Shown here piece by piece: positions 1-12,131 of a DNA stretch of 64,000 nucleotides (its first letter is position 1; each line of letters begins with the position of its first letter). The notes under the pieces were generated by a model. That model did not search any database. It was not told where the DNA came from and saw only the letters and a list, made by a program, of their open reading frames with translations. Origin of the DNA: Stegostoma tigrinum (Eukaryota). The DNA lies in contig NC_081371.1 of assembly GCF_030684315.1 (NCBI RefSeq), positions 41,670,390-41,734,389 of the forward strand, in the 5' to 3' direction. The translations under genes and the position numbers were made by a program.

Positions 1-470
1 TATATCTGCACCATAACAATTTTGTGATTGTATGACTCAATCTGAAATCGCCTCCTATCTTTCTGGAATTGCCTCCTATCTCTGTCATCATTCCTTTAGC
101 AACCCACTACAGTGAACACTATCACTAGGCCTGGTCTATCTGCTTTCTACAAGCATCTATGGATTACTACCAGATTAGACAATTGACTAATATCGTGACA
201 ATGTCTCATAATCCTGAATTACTTGCAGGTACATTTAACTTTTAAGTACTATTTCTAACAGAAAGGTATTCACACCAAAAGATGGCTGAGGATATAAATT
301 CTGTGGTTGTCTGAAATCTCTATCAAAACTACACATATTGTGAGAGGAATCATGGAATGCCAGATGTGAAGAATGTTAAGGGAACCTCAGATGGCTACAC
401 GTCACATGAAGAGATGACATTAAAGAAATGGAGCCTTCATCTCCCATGGGTTGTGTCTCAAGTGACCCCA

Positions 471-1213
471 CACTCATCCCTGGAACATCTCGGTGAGAAG
501 GATATCTAACCAGGCTCCTACTTATTGACTGCAGTTCTATCTTCAACACCATAATTCCAAACAAACTCATCTCTAAACTCCAAGGCCTTGGTCTCTGCTC
601 CCCATGCTATAACTGGATCCTTGACTTCCTAAGCCATAGAGCTCAATCAATAAGAATAGGTGACAACACCTTCTCCACTACAATCCTCAAAACCAGTGTG
701 CTCAGCCCCCATTATACTCCTTATATGTTCACGACTACGTAGCCAAATTCCAGCTCAACTCCATACACAAGTTCAAAAACAAAGTTTCTGGAAAAGCTCA
801 GCAGGTCTGGTAGCATCTGTGAAGAAAAAAATCAGAGTTAACATTTTGGGTCCAGTGATGCTTCCTCAGGACACATTTACAAGTTTGCTGATGAAACCTA
901 TTGTCATTGGTCAGATCTCAAACAATGACGAGGTGGTCAACAATCTCTCTATCAACATTAGCTAAAGGAAAGAGCTGGTCATTGACTTCAGGAAGCAGAG
1001 TGGAGGGCATGGCCCTGACTGACAATGGTGCTGAGGTGGAGATGATCAAGAAGGTCAAGTTCCTGGGAGTGATGATCACCAACAATCTGCCCTGGTCCAC
1101 CCACATTGATGTGATGGTCAGGAAAGCACGATGACATCTCTAGTTGCTCAGAAGGCTAAGGAAATTCAGCATCTCCATAAGAACTCTTACCAATTTTCAG
1201 AGATGTACCAAAG
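471..1213 (+). mobile_element. Rex1/Babar-type non-LTR retrotransposon, decayed RT region (5' part)
   Basis: Frameshifted translation gives [26 protein letters not shown], NWILDFL, KFAD, VIDFRK and VKFLGVMITNNLPWSTHIDVMVRKAR, typical of Rex1 RT. Interrupted at 774-873 and 1214-1831. Confidence 0.8.
774..873 (-). mobile_element. Short Penelope terminal-repeat (pLTR family B) insertion with decayed hammerhead-like core
   Basis: Minus strand reads CCTGAGGAAG-catcactggaccc-AAAATGTTAAC...CACAGATGCTACCAGACCTGCTGAG. Flanked by catacacaagtt (762-773) / catttacaagtt (874-885). Splits the Rex1 RT just before KFAD. Confidence 0.7.
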
Positions 1214-1831
1214 TGTGATGATGCTGTTGGTTCAAGAGGCCTGTTTTGTTCATTTTTTTAGACGGAGATTGGGGGACAGGCACTGAGCAGTCAATCAGAA
1301 GATAAATAATTTGTGAGGCCTTGTTTTTTGTTTAGAAATTGGAACAATAGAAGCAGCCTGAGTGGATGTGGTCAAGCTCTCAGATCTAGGATTTTTAGTT
1401 AGCTTTCAGAAGTTGTTGTTGATGTCTCAGCAGGGTTGGAAGACACTGAATCTCTCCTGGCTGCTACACACAGTCTCTCTCAAAATTGTCTTTCCTCATG
1501 GGTTGGAGAATAGCACATAAGACAACTGTTGTCTGAATTTGCCTTTTGCCAATGGTGTGTTTATGGTTACAATATTGGAACAGGACCTGTTTACTCACAA
1601 AAATAATCTATTGTTCTGTTGAGTTTTCCAATACAGTAAGTTATTCCAGGTTCCTCTTTTTATATTTTAACTGTAATGTTTACTAAAATGAGTTTGTTTA
1701 ATGTCCAGTAGTTTGCCCAATCAAATTGCATCTAAAACACAAATTTCACAGTTGCCTTTAAAATAAGAAAAGGTTAGAGTCTAGGCTACTTTCTTAATAT
1801 ATTTTGAGGGGTTGTGATCTGATCCATAACA
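1214..1831 (+). mobile_element. Solo LTR (618 bp)
   Basis: Termini TGTGATG...CATAACA. Cleanly interrupts the Rex1 element. Homologous at both ends to 22261-22874 (reverse strand). Orientation is assumed. Confidence 0.7.
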
Positions 1832-2285
1832 ATGGAAAGGATTCTATCTGGATGCATCGCAACATGGAATGGTGACTACTCATCAGAGTCATGAACACAG
1901 CCAGTCCATCACACAAACCAGCCTTCCATCCATTGACTCCATTTATACTTTACTCTGCCTCAAAAAGCAGCCGACACAGTCAAAGGCCCCTCCAACCCTG
2001 ATTCTACTCTCTCCCTGCCACTTTGTCAGGCAGAAGATATAAACGTTTGAATACACGTACAAACAGATTCAAGGACAGCTTCTTCCCCACTGTCATCAGA
2101 CATTTGAACAGACCTCGCGAATGTTAATCCTGCTCTCTCTTGCTCCCTCCTCTCTCTGTCTCTGCAGCTGTCACACTGTGTGCTCTACTCTGTTCTGCTA
2201 TCCTAATACACTCTATATTGGACAATCATGCAAAATAACAATTTTCACCATATCTTGGAACATGTGACAACGATAAATCAATCAA
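1832..2285 (+). mobile_element. Rex1/Babar-type LINE, 3' part and tail
   Basis: Continues after the LTR (ILSGCIATWNG; RFKDSFFPTVIRHLN). Ends in a catgtgacaacgataaatcaatcaa tail. Confidence 0.75.
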
Positions 2286-2419
2286 ACAAAACTGTGGAAT
2301 AAGTGAGTTGAAACAAAGACAATTTTGAACAAAGGAATTATTTGTGTTTTACCCTTCAAGTAATAAGAAAGGGGATTAAAAACCAACTACATCACCGAGT
2401 CTCCATATCCATTTCTAAA

Positions 2420-2872
2420 ATTCACTCATGGAATGTGGGTGTCTTTGGCTGGACCAACATTCATTACCTATCTCAAGTTGCCCTTGAGAAGGTGTTGGTG
2501 AGCTGTCTTCTAGAATCATTGCAGTCCATGAACTATGGGAAGACTCACAGTATCATTGAGACTTCATAGCAATTGTTACAACTGAGTGGCTTGCCAGCCC
2601 ATTTCAGATGGCAGCTAAGAGCCAATGACATTGCTGTGGGCCTGGAGCCACTTGCAGTCCAGACCTGGTAAGGATAGCAGATTTCCTTCCCTGGAGGACA
2701 TTAGTAAATGATTGGGTGTTTCTTCAACGATTGGCAGTGATCATGGTTATCAGAAGACTCTTAATTCCAGACCTTTGTTGAATTTGTCTGCTAGAGTGGG
2801 ACTTGAATGCAGGTCATGAGACTATTAGCTGAGTTTCTGGATTAATAGTTTAATGATCATATCACTAGGCCA
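2420..2872 (-). mobile_element. tRNA-derived SINE with LINE-like tail
   Basis: Minus strand starts ggcctagtgat (A-box-like) with a ttcaagtcc B-box-like motif. Similar to the copy at 59345-59635. Confidence 0.6.
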
Positions 2873-5250
2873 TTTTCTCCCCAATATGCTTGAAAGCAGA
2901 AACTCTTGTGTGCTAGATGTTTAGCAGTTCAAGTTTCACTGTGCTAAGGTTTGTGTTAAAGAGGTACCTCTGAAAAATTCCACTAGAAACTTGTGTTTGG
3001 AGGTAAAAAGAAATAATGCCCCTCTCTGGTGAAAACAAATCATCAGCAAGGCTAATATTGAAGGAAACCGGATGAACTCTTTTTAAGATAATTGCAGAAT
3101 CAAGAGACTTCAAACAATTTCTAAAGGTAGTGCCATCAGAATCACCCTTCCAATGGTAGCTACTTTTGACAATCTGTTCATCATGGGCAAACTAAAGATT
3201 GAGTCTTTATTATTCTTATAGTTTGGACTCACCTCCCATCTTTATTCTATGCTTAAGTGTGTTGTACTTTTTTTATGTTTCTTTCGTGTCTGTAGTGAAT
3301 ATACTTACATTTTCTATAACTCAAAAAGGCCTTATTAAATTGGCTCCTTTTAAAACAAAAATATTCAGGCTGGGAGTAGGTATCAACAAGGGAAGAGATC
3401 CCTTCTCGATTTACGTTGTTTCAGCCAATCAACGGAGGAATTGAGCAAAGAAAGGAGTCAGGATTTCCTTCCTCATCCCGGAGTGTATCAATCTTAGAGT
3501 ATCCCATTGTGAGCCTAAAGAATGGTGAGTGGGGAGGCAGCCAATTGAAAGGCTACCTCCAGGAAGATTGTGACACCTGTGTTGCTGCTGGCAAGTGAGG
3601 GATCAGGCCCCCGTTTTGGATCTACCTCCAGGTCCCGAAATCCCTGGCACAATCTATCTCCCTGTTACAGAGCAAAGAACAATTGTAATGTTGACTGCGT
3701 CCTTCATCCCATTTCTTCTTTATCATCTAGTTGAAATAGTAAGCCAACACTAATCCCTGCCTTTTTCCCCTTTCATCTGCCACAAAATGTTAACCAAGTA
3801 TTTGCATTTCAAAGTAATAACTGAATACAGAGAAATTTATCAACTCATTGGTTGCTCATAAATTGTCGGGTTTTTCTATTTGTAATCTATATGTTAATTT
3901 TCACCTGTCCCTTGGTCTGTCTGCTTCCTGCTTCAGTTCATGTTAATAGCTGTGACTGTCCAGTTTGTACTTCGAAACCTCTTCAGTTTAGCAAAAGCAT
4001 CAGTACTCAGTAGAATTTACTTCACTGAATCCCAGTTGCTCAATGATATGTTTCCCAAATCCCTCAAGGCCATTGACTTTAATTAGTATCTCTATCCTTA
4101 ACCTATTGTATGTGCTCTTTTCCTGTTTCCTCTTTGTACTACGATGTAACAAATGCAAGTTGTTCTTGTAAAACACTGAGCCATGTGAACTTAATAAAAC
4201 AGATAGTAATAGTGTCCAGGTAAATCTGCCAAGCAACCATCAGGGTGATCAGCAGTTTAAGGCTGCAACCGCTGTAAGATCAAGGTGGGAGCCATATTTA
4301 TTGACATGCAACTTAAATCTATTAAATTTTCCAATACAACAAATATTCTACTGAGTGAGCATTTTTGACAAAAATGTGCATTTTAAGCTTTGCACCATAG
4401 CTTCAGGGGCTGTAATTTTTCTGAAGCTGGTTTGCTATATTAAAAAATCTCACAGCTTTCTGTAAATGGGCAATAAAGGAGGCCTAGTTAGAATTTCGTT
4501 ATCCGTTTAATCATTCTGATACTTTGCATAGCAAATTGCTGGAAGTGGGAGATGAAAACAACATGACAGCATCTGGAATCTGCTTGCACAGAGCAAACAA
4601 TTATATATCTCTTAAAACAACAAATTAGTAGATTCTGAAATGAATACCACAAGACCTGAAAAAGCTATTGAAAGTTAGAATTGTGAATAAATTTTTGAAA
4701 CAGGTACAGAAAAAAAATTAAAATGAATAAAGCAAGATTAGACTAAACAAGAGACAGAAAAGGTACACAAAGAAAATGTTTCTATTTACATTTATAAATC
4801 TTAAACATGTCAAATCTGAAGGAATTAGACCATTAGGTTTTTGTGTCAAAGAGGCTGGCTTGCAGTAATTAGCCTTATTACGTTATTGAAAATGCACGTA
4901 AATGTGAAATACTTGACTCAACTGTCCATGGCAAGTCAAAACTTCATCCTGTTTGATGTATTTGATCGGGGAGCCAGATGGTAAGGCTGTTTTTTTTGTT
5001 AAGCCAATGGCAAAGCAACATATGTCTGACAGGAACTCTTCAATTTCAGCATCTCATTGCACATCTGCACTCACTGTTGACAATTTCACTTTAAAAATGT
5101 AGTCTTTCATGGGTTGTAAGTGTCACTGTCCAAGCCAACATTTGTTGAGCAAAAGATAATGGGAACTGCAGATGCTGGAGAATCCAAGATAACAAAGTAT
5201 GAAGCTGGATGAACACAGCAGGCCAAGCAACATCTCAGGAGCACAAAAGC

Positions 5251-5279
5251 TGATGCTTTGGGCCTAGGCCCTTCATCAG
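5251..5279 (-). ncRNA. Decayed minimal hammerhead-ribozyme-like motif in pLTR
   Basis: CTGATGA-A-GGG cctagg CCC-AAAG-CATC. The GAAA and GTC positions are mutated relative to sister copies. Confidence 0.55.
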
Positions 5280-5559
5280 AGAGGGGGTGAGGAGAGGGTT
5301 CTGAAATAAATAGGGAGAGAGGGGGAGAGGCGGACCGAAGATGGATAGAGGAAAAGATAGGTGAAGAGGAGAGTATAGGTGGGGACGGGATAGGTCAGTC
5401 CGGGGAGGACGGACAGGTCAAGGAGGTGGGATGAGGTTAGTAGGTGGGAAATGGAGGTGTGGCTTGAGGTGGGAGGAGGGGATAGGTGAGAGGAAGAACA
5501 GGTTAGGGAGGCAGGGACGAGGTGGGCTGGTTTTGGGATGCAGTGGGGGAAGGGGAGAT

Positions 5560-6939
5560 TTTGAAGATGGTGAAGTCCACATTAATACCATTGGGCTGCA
5601 GGGTTCCCAAACGGAATATGAATTGCTGCTCCTGCAGCCTTCGGGTGGCATCATTGTGGCACTGCAGGAGGCCCATGATGGACATTTCATCTAAGGAATG
5701 GGAGGGGGAGTGGAAATGGTTCACGACTGGGAGGTGCAGTTGTTTATTGCGAGCCGAGCGGAGGTGTTCTACAAAGCGGTCCCCAAGCCTCCGCTTGGTT
5801 TCCCCAATGTAGAAGAAGCCACACCGGGTACAGTGGATAAGCATACTACATTGGCAGATGTGCAGGTGAGCATCTGCTTAATATGGAAAGTCATCTTGGG
5901 GCCTGGGATGGGGGTGAGGGACGAGGTGTGGGGGCAAGTGTAGCACTTCCTGCGGTTGCAGGGGAAGGTACTGGGTGTGGTGGGATTGGAGGGGAGTGAG
6001 GAGCGGACAAGGGAGTCACGGAGAGAGTGGTCTCTCCGGAAGGCAGACAAGGGTGGGGATGGAAAAATGTCTTGGGTGGTGGGGTCGGATTGTAGATGGC
6101 GGAAGTGTCGGAGGATGATGCGTTGTATCCGGAGGTTAGTGGGGTGGTATGTGAGGACGAGGGGGATTCTCTTAGGGCGGTTGTTGTGGGGGCGGGGTGT
6201 GAGGGATGTGTTGCGGGAAATGCGGGAGACATGGTCAAGTGCGTTCTTGACCACTGCGGTGGGGAAGTTGTGGTCCTTGAAGAACGTGGCCATCTGGGAT
6301 GTGCGGGAGTGGAATGCCTCATCCTGGGAGCAGATGCAGTGGAGGTGAAGGAATTGGGAATAGGGGATGGAATTTTTGCAGGAGGGTGGGTGGGAGGAGG
6401 TGTATTCTAGGTAGCTGTGGGAGTCAGTGGGCTTGAAATGGACATCAGTTACTAGCTGGTTGCCTGACATGGAGACAGAGAAGTCCAGGAAGGTGAGGGA
6501 TGTGTTGGAGATGGCCCAGGTGAACTGGAGGTTGGAGTGGAAGGTGTTGGTGATGTGGATGAACTGTTCGAGCTCCTCTTGGAAGCACGAGGTGGCGCCG
6601 ATACAGTCATCAATGTAACGGAGGAAGAGGTGGGGTTTGGGGCCAGTGTAGGTGCAGAAGAGGAACTGATCCACGTAACCTACAAAGAGGCAGGCATAGC
6701 TTGGGCCCATGCGGGCCACCCCGTTTGTCTGTAGGAAGTGGGAGGAATCGAAAGAGAAGTTGTTGAGGGTGAGGATGAGTTCAGCTAAGCGGATGAGGGT
6801 GTTGGTGGAGGAGGACCGGTCGGGCCTGTGGGACAGGAAGAAGCGGAGGGCCTTAAGGCCATCTGCATGAGGAATGCAGGTATATAGGGACTGGGCATCC
6901 ATGGTGAAAATGAGGTGTTGGGGGCCAGGGAATTGGAAG
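5560..6939 (-). pseudogene. PLE RT/GIY-YIG polyprotein remnant, frameshifted near 5840
   Basis: Two overlapping ORFs (5769-7106 and 5503-5844). The N-terminal ~55 aa of the 445-aa ORF is flanking non-element DNA. Confidence 0.85.
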
Positions 6940-8469
6940 TTGTAGAGCAATCCCAAACTTAAGGAACAGAGAATACCGTAAGCCCTGCCAACAATAATGA
7001 TGATAGCAATTTTTGGACCAAAATCTTTCATAAGCATTACTTCCCAACCAATGACATTTATTGTGAAGTAAAATGCAACAGGTGCAACTAAACACTGAGT
7101 TCTCAAAAAACTAACAAGAGGTCAAAACCTTTGCATGGTTTCTATAGCACACACTACATCACCTTAAACTGCTGTTTGTTCACATTGCATCTTAAAAGTG
7201 CACCTGTTATGTCATAAATACTCATTCAATTTCTGTGGTGTTGCTCATGGCCACTGCATCGAGACATTTAACTGAATTAGATAGATTTCCCAGATGAAAT
7301 CTGCCCTTCGAATAAAACCCAGTTCTACAGGGACCATAAGTAAGTAATGTTCCCATCCCACATCTCAACGGCATCTAGAGTTGTTTATTAGCTATGCTCA
7401 ATTACTTTGTGTTTGTTTTTATGCATATTAAACAGCAATAATGAGCTCTGTGAGTTATTGATGTTATCAATGAAGGAAAAGTATGAAACTATGAATTCAT
7501 ATCAGCCAGGCATAACTGTTATTTTGTCTCATAACGTAAATTTGCTGTGAACTGTTATGTGCCTTTATGTCCACGATTACCGTAAATCTGAGTCTAATAA
7601 GATTGGACAGGCGGGGATGTCCTTGGGAAATGGCAATGTTCATTCACTTTGCATTAGAGACACAATCTCTTCAGGCAATGTATACTGTCAGCATGCCCTG
7701 GAATTTTCTTGCCGAGTTTTGTAAGCATTAAAGTAGCATAATTTTAACAAAACAATAATTTACTCTTCATATCTTTATGACCATTTTTTGTCTTTTTTAT
7801 AATTGTCATGAATTTTTTGCTAATGAAAAATACACTCTGTACAATTGCCATGCAATGTCAGAATGTTGCCCCCCTCAATTCACTGATCATGTTATTTTGA
7901 TTTGGAATGAAGGGTGATACTGTGCCCTAACTGTTGTAGAAAGCACAACTGGGAAATTGTAGTCAACCTTTGGCTGTACTCCTGTGATTTTCTGAGATGC
8001 ACTTGCTGTGAGGGTCACACCTCTGAATACGCACAGCTATCACAGTTCTTCATTATTTGCAATTATCCTGTCCTCCCCCAACCCCATTTTCCCCCACCAA
8101 CACAAATTCTAATCCCTTATCACCAATTCCATCTACCTCCATGGCCATTGTCCCAGCAAATGTCTGGTCTCTGAGCTAACAGAGAAGGTATTGTCACCCA
8201 CACTGATCATTTTCTTAGGCTGAGCCAGACTTTTTACAAACTTGGTCGAAAATTTAGCCTTGAGCTGAGCTCACCTATGGCATTTCCTCTGCATCACAAA
8301 GATCACATATTTCCATTTTCTTTTATTAGCCATCACTGTACCCCTCTTCCCCTATTTCAAAGCCGTTATTTATATTTTTCCTTCTGCCAGACTGCTGGTA
8401 AGATGCCTAATATCCAATCTCCTTAAGCATTAACAGTCTATTGAACAAGTCCAAACATACAACACCCCA

Positions 8470-8870
8470 ACACTCCTGCGCTCACTGTCCCACCTTTTCT
8501 CCAATGCCTCAAATTTAAAATCTTTATCCCTAAGTTCATATCCATTCATGGCCCCATAATTTCCAACTCTCCTTCATTTCTTTCCCACTCTTAAACACTA
8601 TGTGAATTGTTTTTCGTCAACTGTAGCTACTTTGTGAATTCTATTTGTTCTTTCCAGGCATCTAAACTTTAAGATCAGAAATTCCTTCCCTCAAGATCTT
8701 CACCTTTCTTTCTTCCCCTTTAAAACACTCACTAAAATGTGCACCAGTGCTAAAATTTCTTCCTTCGTCCCTATTTCAATTGTTGTCCTGTTCCTGTGAA
8801 ATGCCTTTGGCTGTGGTTGGGTTTGGGAAGGCACAACATTGGAGGGGAAAAGTAAACTCAAGCTGTAGTT
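8470..8870 (+). mobile_element. L2-type LINE 3' end (old)
   Basis: aatttaaaatctttatccct...catggcccc...ctttaaaacactcactaaaa...cctgtgaaatgcctttgg resembles the L2 ORF2 end and 3'UTR. Confidence 0.5.
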
Positions 8871-10580
8871 CAGAAACTGTAGGTATATGATTCTTAGACA
8901 ACGAAGGTTTATGAGTTTTTGATTGTAGTGATCAACTTTATATATGGGACAAAACTAAATAAATTAGTAAGTTTGATCGAGTGAAACAGACAATGCATTT
9001 TAGGTTTCGAAACACTAACTTATGCCTGAACAATACAAAACAGGCCTTGTATTATATTTAAAGCAGAATTCTGTGAAGATGCCAAAAGTGCAAATTCCTT
9101 CATGGCTGCAGTATTGTAGTAATAAAACAAATACATCAAATATCCCCAACGCACCCCTTCCACAGATCTTTAGCCCCTATTGATAAATAGCTTCACCTTT
9201 TTATGGTAATCTGCTTCTCATTATCCACCATATTTTGTGTCAGCCTTTAAAGAGAAAATCTCCACTAGCATAGGCCTGGAATGAGCAACGAGGCAGTAAA
9301 AGGCTCATTAGATGATGCAATAATGTAGTCTGACCTATGATATTTTAAGATTTGGGATTCAATTATTACTTATTGTTTTTCTTCAACTTAATTGTCAATG
9401 TTAAGACAGGAAATTGAAGAACATCAGAAGTACTACCATTCTTATATCAGGCACCTATAAAAAGAGAAGTTATTTTCTTCTTAACTAAAACTACTTCAGT
9501 CCATTGAATTACTGTACAGGTGAAAATACTTCACAGGGTTAGTACCACAATTGCCTTTTCCAGGAGAGTAGAATCAGATCCTCTTTTAATATGTCTATGT
9601 CGCATCCAACTTTAGAAAAATAATGGCAATGGCAGCAGGATATGGATAAGAAACTAAGTGTTGATGGCATGCCAGCTGTTGGGGAGAAATGCCACAGCTT
9701 TATGAATAAGGCTGACAACTTCTTTATTGACGTTTTAATGAGATAGTATATTTTCTTTTCACTGCTGTGATTGTCCCCTAACTAATCACAAAATCTTGAC
9801 GACATTTTTTTCCTTGAACTTAAGTTTTGTCGTGAAATTTAAGATAAACATTAAGTAATCTAGTCATGTAAAATGATATTTGTGCTACAGAAGGCAGCTA
9901 GTTCAATATTTCCAACAAAGGACACAATGGGTTACTATAGCTATTATACTGGCACTACTATATACAACCTTTTAATTCAATAACCTACATGCAGTTTCTT
10001 TGCAATTAAGGTCTTACTCTTTTATTTAGTGATAAACAAGATGATGATATGATTCAGAAGCTGTAAAATGAGATTATCTGGTATAGGTGCCTAATATTTC
10101 CTCCCTTATGTTGTGATGATATTCAATAAACTGCAGAAAATGACACCCACTCTGATCAGACTGTATAATGAGTGCTTTCATTCATTTGGGAATCGATGAT
10201 AGGCAAGTGATTGCAAAACATTCAAATTCCCATGTGCTTTATGATGAAACACACTGGAAACTGACATAGTTTCAGATCTTCCAGTGGAATAAAATTGAGC
10301 ATTGGGATGGGAATGCTACCTCTTGCCTCAATATCCAATGCACACTATCTGGGTCTATTTTATTACATCCTTGGACAAAGATTCTTAAGTCTTTCAGGAG
10401 TGCCATGAGAATGGAGATTCAGGTACGAGATTCCTAACTTTTAAATATTTTTTGTTTGTCCTTCACGAATCACTTGAAATCAGCAGAGCACAATTTACTG
10501 CCAAATTGTGGTTACTCTTTAAATTTGTGGCCTGCCCTATTGAGCTACTTCATTCTTTGTGGTTTTTATAACATAGTTAA

Positions 10581-10904
10581 GGGTGGCATGGTGGCTCAGT
10601 GGTTAGCACTGCTACCTCACAGCACCAGGGAACTGGGTTCGATTCCACCCTTGAGCGACTGTCTGTGCGGAGTTTGCATATTCTCCTCGTGTCTGCATGG
10701 GTTTCCTTGGGGTGCTCCAGTTTCCTCCTACAGTCCAAAGGTGTGCAGGCTAGGTGGATTGGCCATGCTAAATTGCCCATAGTGTTCAGGGATGTGTAGA
10801 TTAGGTGGGTTATAGGGGATGGGTCTCGGTGGGATGCTCTGATGTCCAGTGTGGACTTGTCGGGCTGAAGCGCCTGTTTACACACTGTAGGGATTCCATG
10901 ATTC
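10581..10904 (+). mobile_element. HE1-type tRNA-derived SINE (V-SINE), full length
   Basis: A box TGGCTCAGTGG, B box GGTTCGATTCC, central gagtttgcatattctcc...ctccagtttcctcc domain, CR1-like tail gggctgaagcgcctgtt...gattccatgattc. Confidence 0.9.
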
Positions 10905-11089
10905 AAACCTTAGCGAGTCGGCAATTTAACTCACGGACAATGAAGGAACAGTAGAGCTATATGCAAATTAGTGTGCTACTTGTCAGGGAAATTATCATTG
11001 GCATCCTCAAGACATCACAAACCCTCAATTCTTTGGGTGCTGTGCAGTGCAGAGAAAATATCTTTATGAACGGATTTAATATTATTCTG

Positions 11090-11425
11090 ACAATATTTTC
11101 ATTTTACCTTGAGGATTTTTGTTACTCCATCCTGTTTCACAGGCTCCAGCTCGGTCTTCACTGCAGGAGTGGCAGCGACAGAGGTGGAAGAGTCTGGTTC
11201 TAGGATCCAGCCAATCTCTTTGGCTGATCGCAGCTGAATAGGTGAGCAGGAGCGGAGCCCTCACACAGACATCACCAACTGGACGAAACTGGACAAATTG
11301 CAAGTCGTTTGCTTTGATTTCTTGCTTTTCATTTAGAAACCTAGGATGGCCTCAGAAAATGGCGACTATTTACACTTTTCACTGTGTCCCGTAGATGTGA
11401 CAATAAATATAATGTAATCTAATAT
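11090..11425 (+). mobile_element. Putative short element with Rex1-like 3' tail
   Basis: Ends cttttcactgtgtcccgtagatgtgacaataaatataatgtaatcta, resembling the Rex1 tail at 2240-2285. The body is unrelated and GC-richer. Confidence 0.4.
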
Positions 11426-12131
11426 TCGTTCTAACAGATAAGGGGAAATTGGATGATGTAAAGAAGCATATGGTAAAAGACACAAAACTTAAATCACTAT
11501 CAAATATACTTTGTAAAGAACATGAATTTGCCCTCAGAAAATATCACTTCTGGTCTCTACTATTAACAGCAGCTGCCCTGCACTAGATTTTAGATCTTTC
11601 TCACCTTCTTCTGACATTTCTTGCTTACCAGTAGAACCCCAAGATGATCGAGCTGAGGACATTACTCCGAGGAAATGTTGATGTGACTACCAAGAACTGT
11701 GATGGTTAGCTTCTAATGAACCATGATTATCTTCCATTACATTAAAGTATTTCCCCAAATGGAACATTATCATTTAGTCCCCCAGTAAATTCTTCATTGC
11801 TAGGGCTTCTTGGTAGTATAAAATCAACTGTTCCTATGATATCAAAGGCTTTGTCCCTCTTGAGCCAAATCAGGATAAATATTGTGAAGAAACATGGAGC
11901 TGAATGATTATGACACAATTCAAAGTCAGTGTTGTTGGGCAGGTTACTAATACTGCATGAAGACATGGCTGAAGACCTCTTCCACCGTTTTACTTATATT
12001 TGGCAGAAGATTGCTAGGGCGATAACTAATCAGCCTACAGCTGCCATTTGGTCCATTTCAACCTTTGCATCTCTACCATTCTCCAGTTTGTATTATTCCC
12101 CTGTTCTTTTCTTTCCAGAACACCTTTAAAT

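Larger units (their letters stand above)
5153..6939 (-). mobile_element. Penelope-like element (family A), 5'-truncated: RT C-terminal half, GIY-YIG endonuclease and terminal repeat
   Basis: ORF 5769-7106 has MDAQSLYTCIPH, GVAxMGPSYACLF and FLRYIDD (PLE RT). ORF 5503-5844 has CTRCGFFYIGETKRRLGDRFVEH...LGTLQPNGIN (GIY-YIG). TSD-like ttgttgagcaa (5142-5152) / ttgtagagcaa (6940-6950). Confidence 0.92.

Noticed and set aside
5431-6734. Several plus-strand ORFs over the Penelope element
   Set aside because: Antisense shadows of the GC-rich PLE coding strand.
10581-10660. tRNA gene (A and B boxes present), also at 55077 and 55777
   Set aside because: These are SINE heads that continue into SINE bodies. 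No complete cloverleaf.
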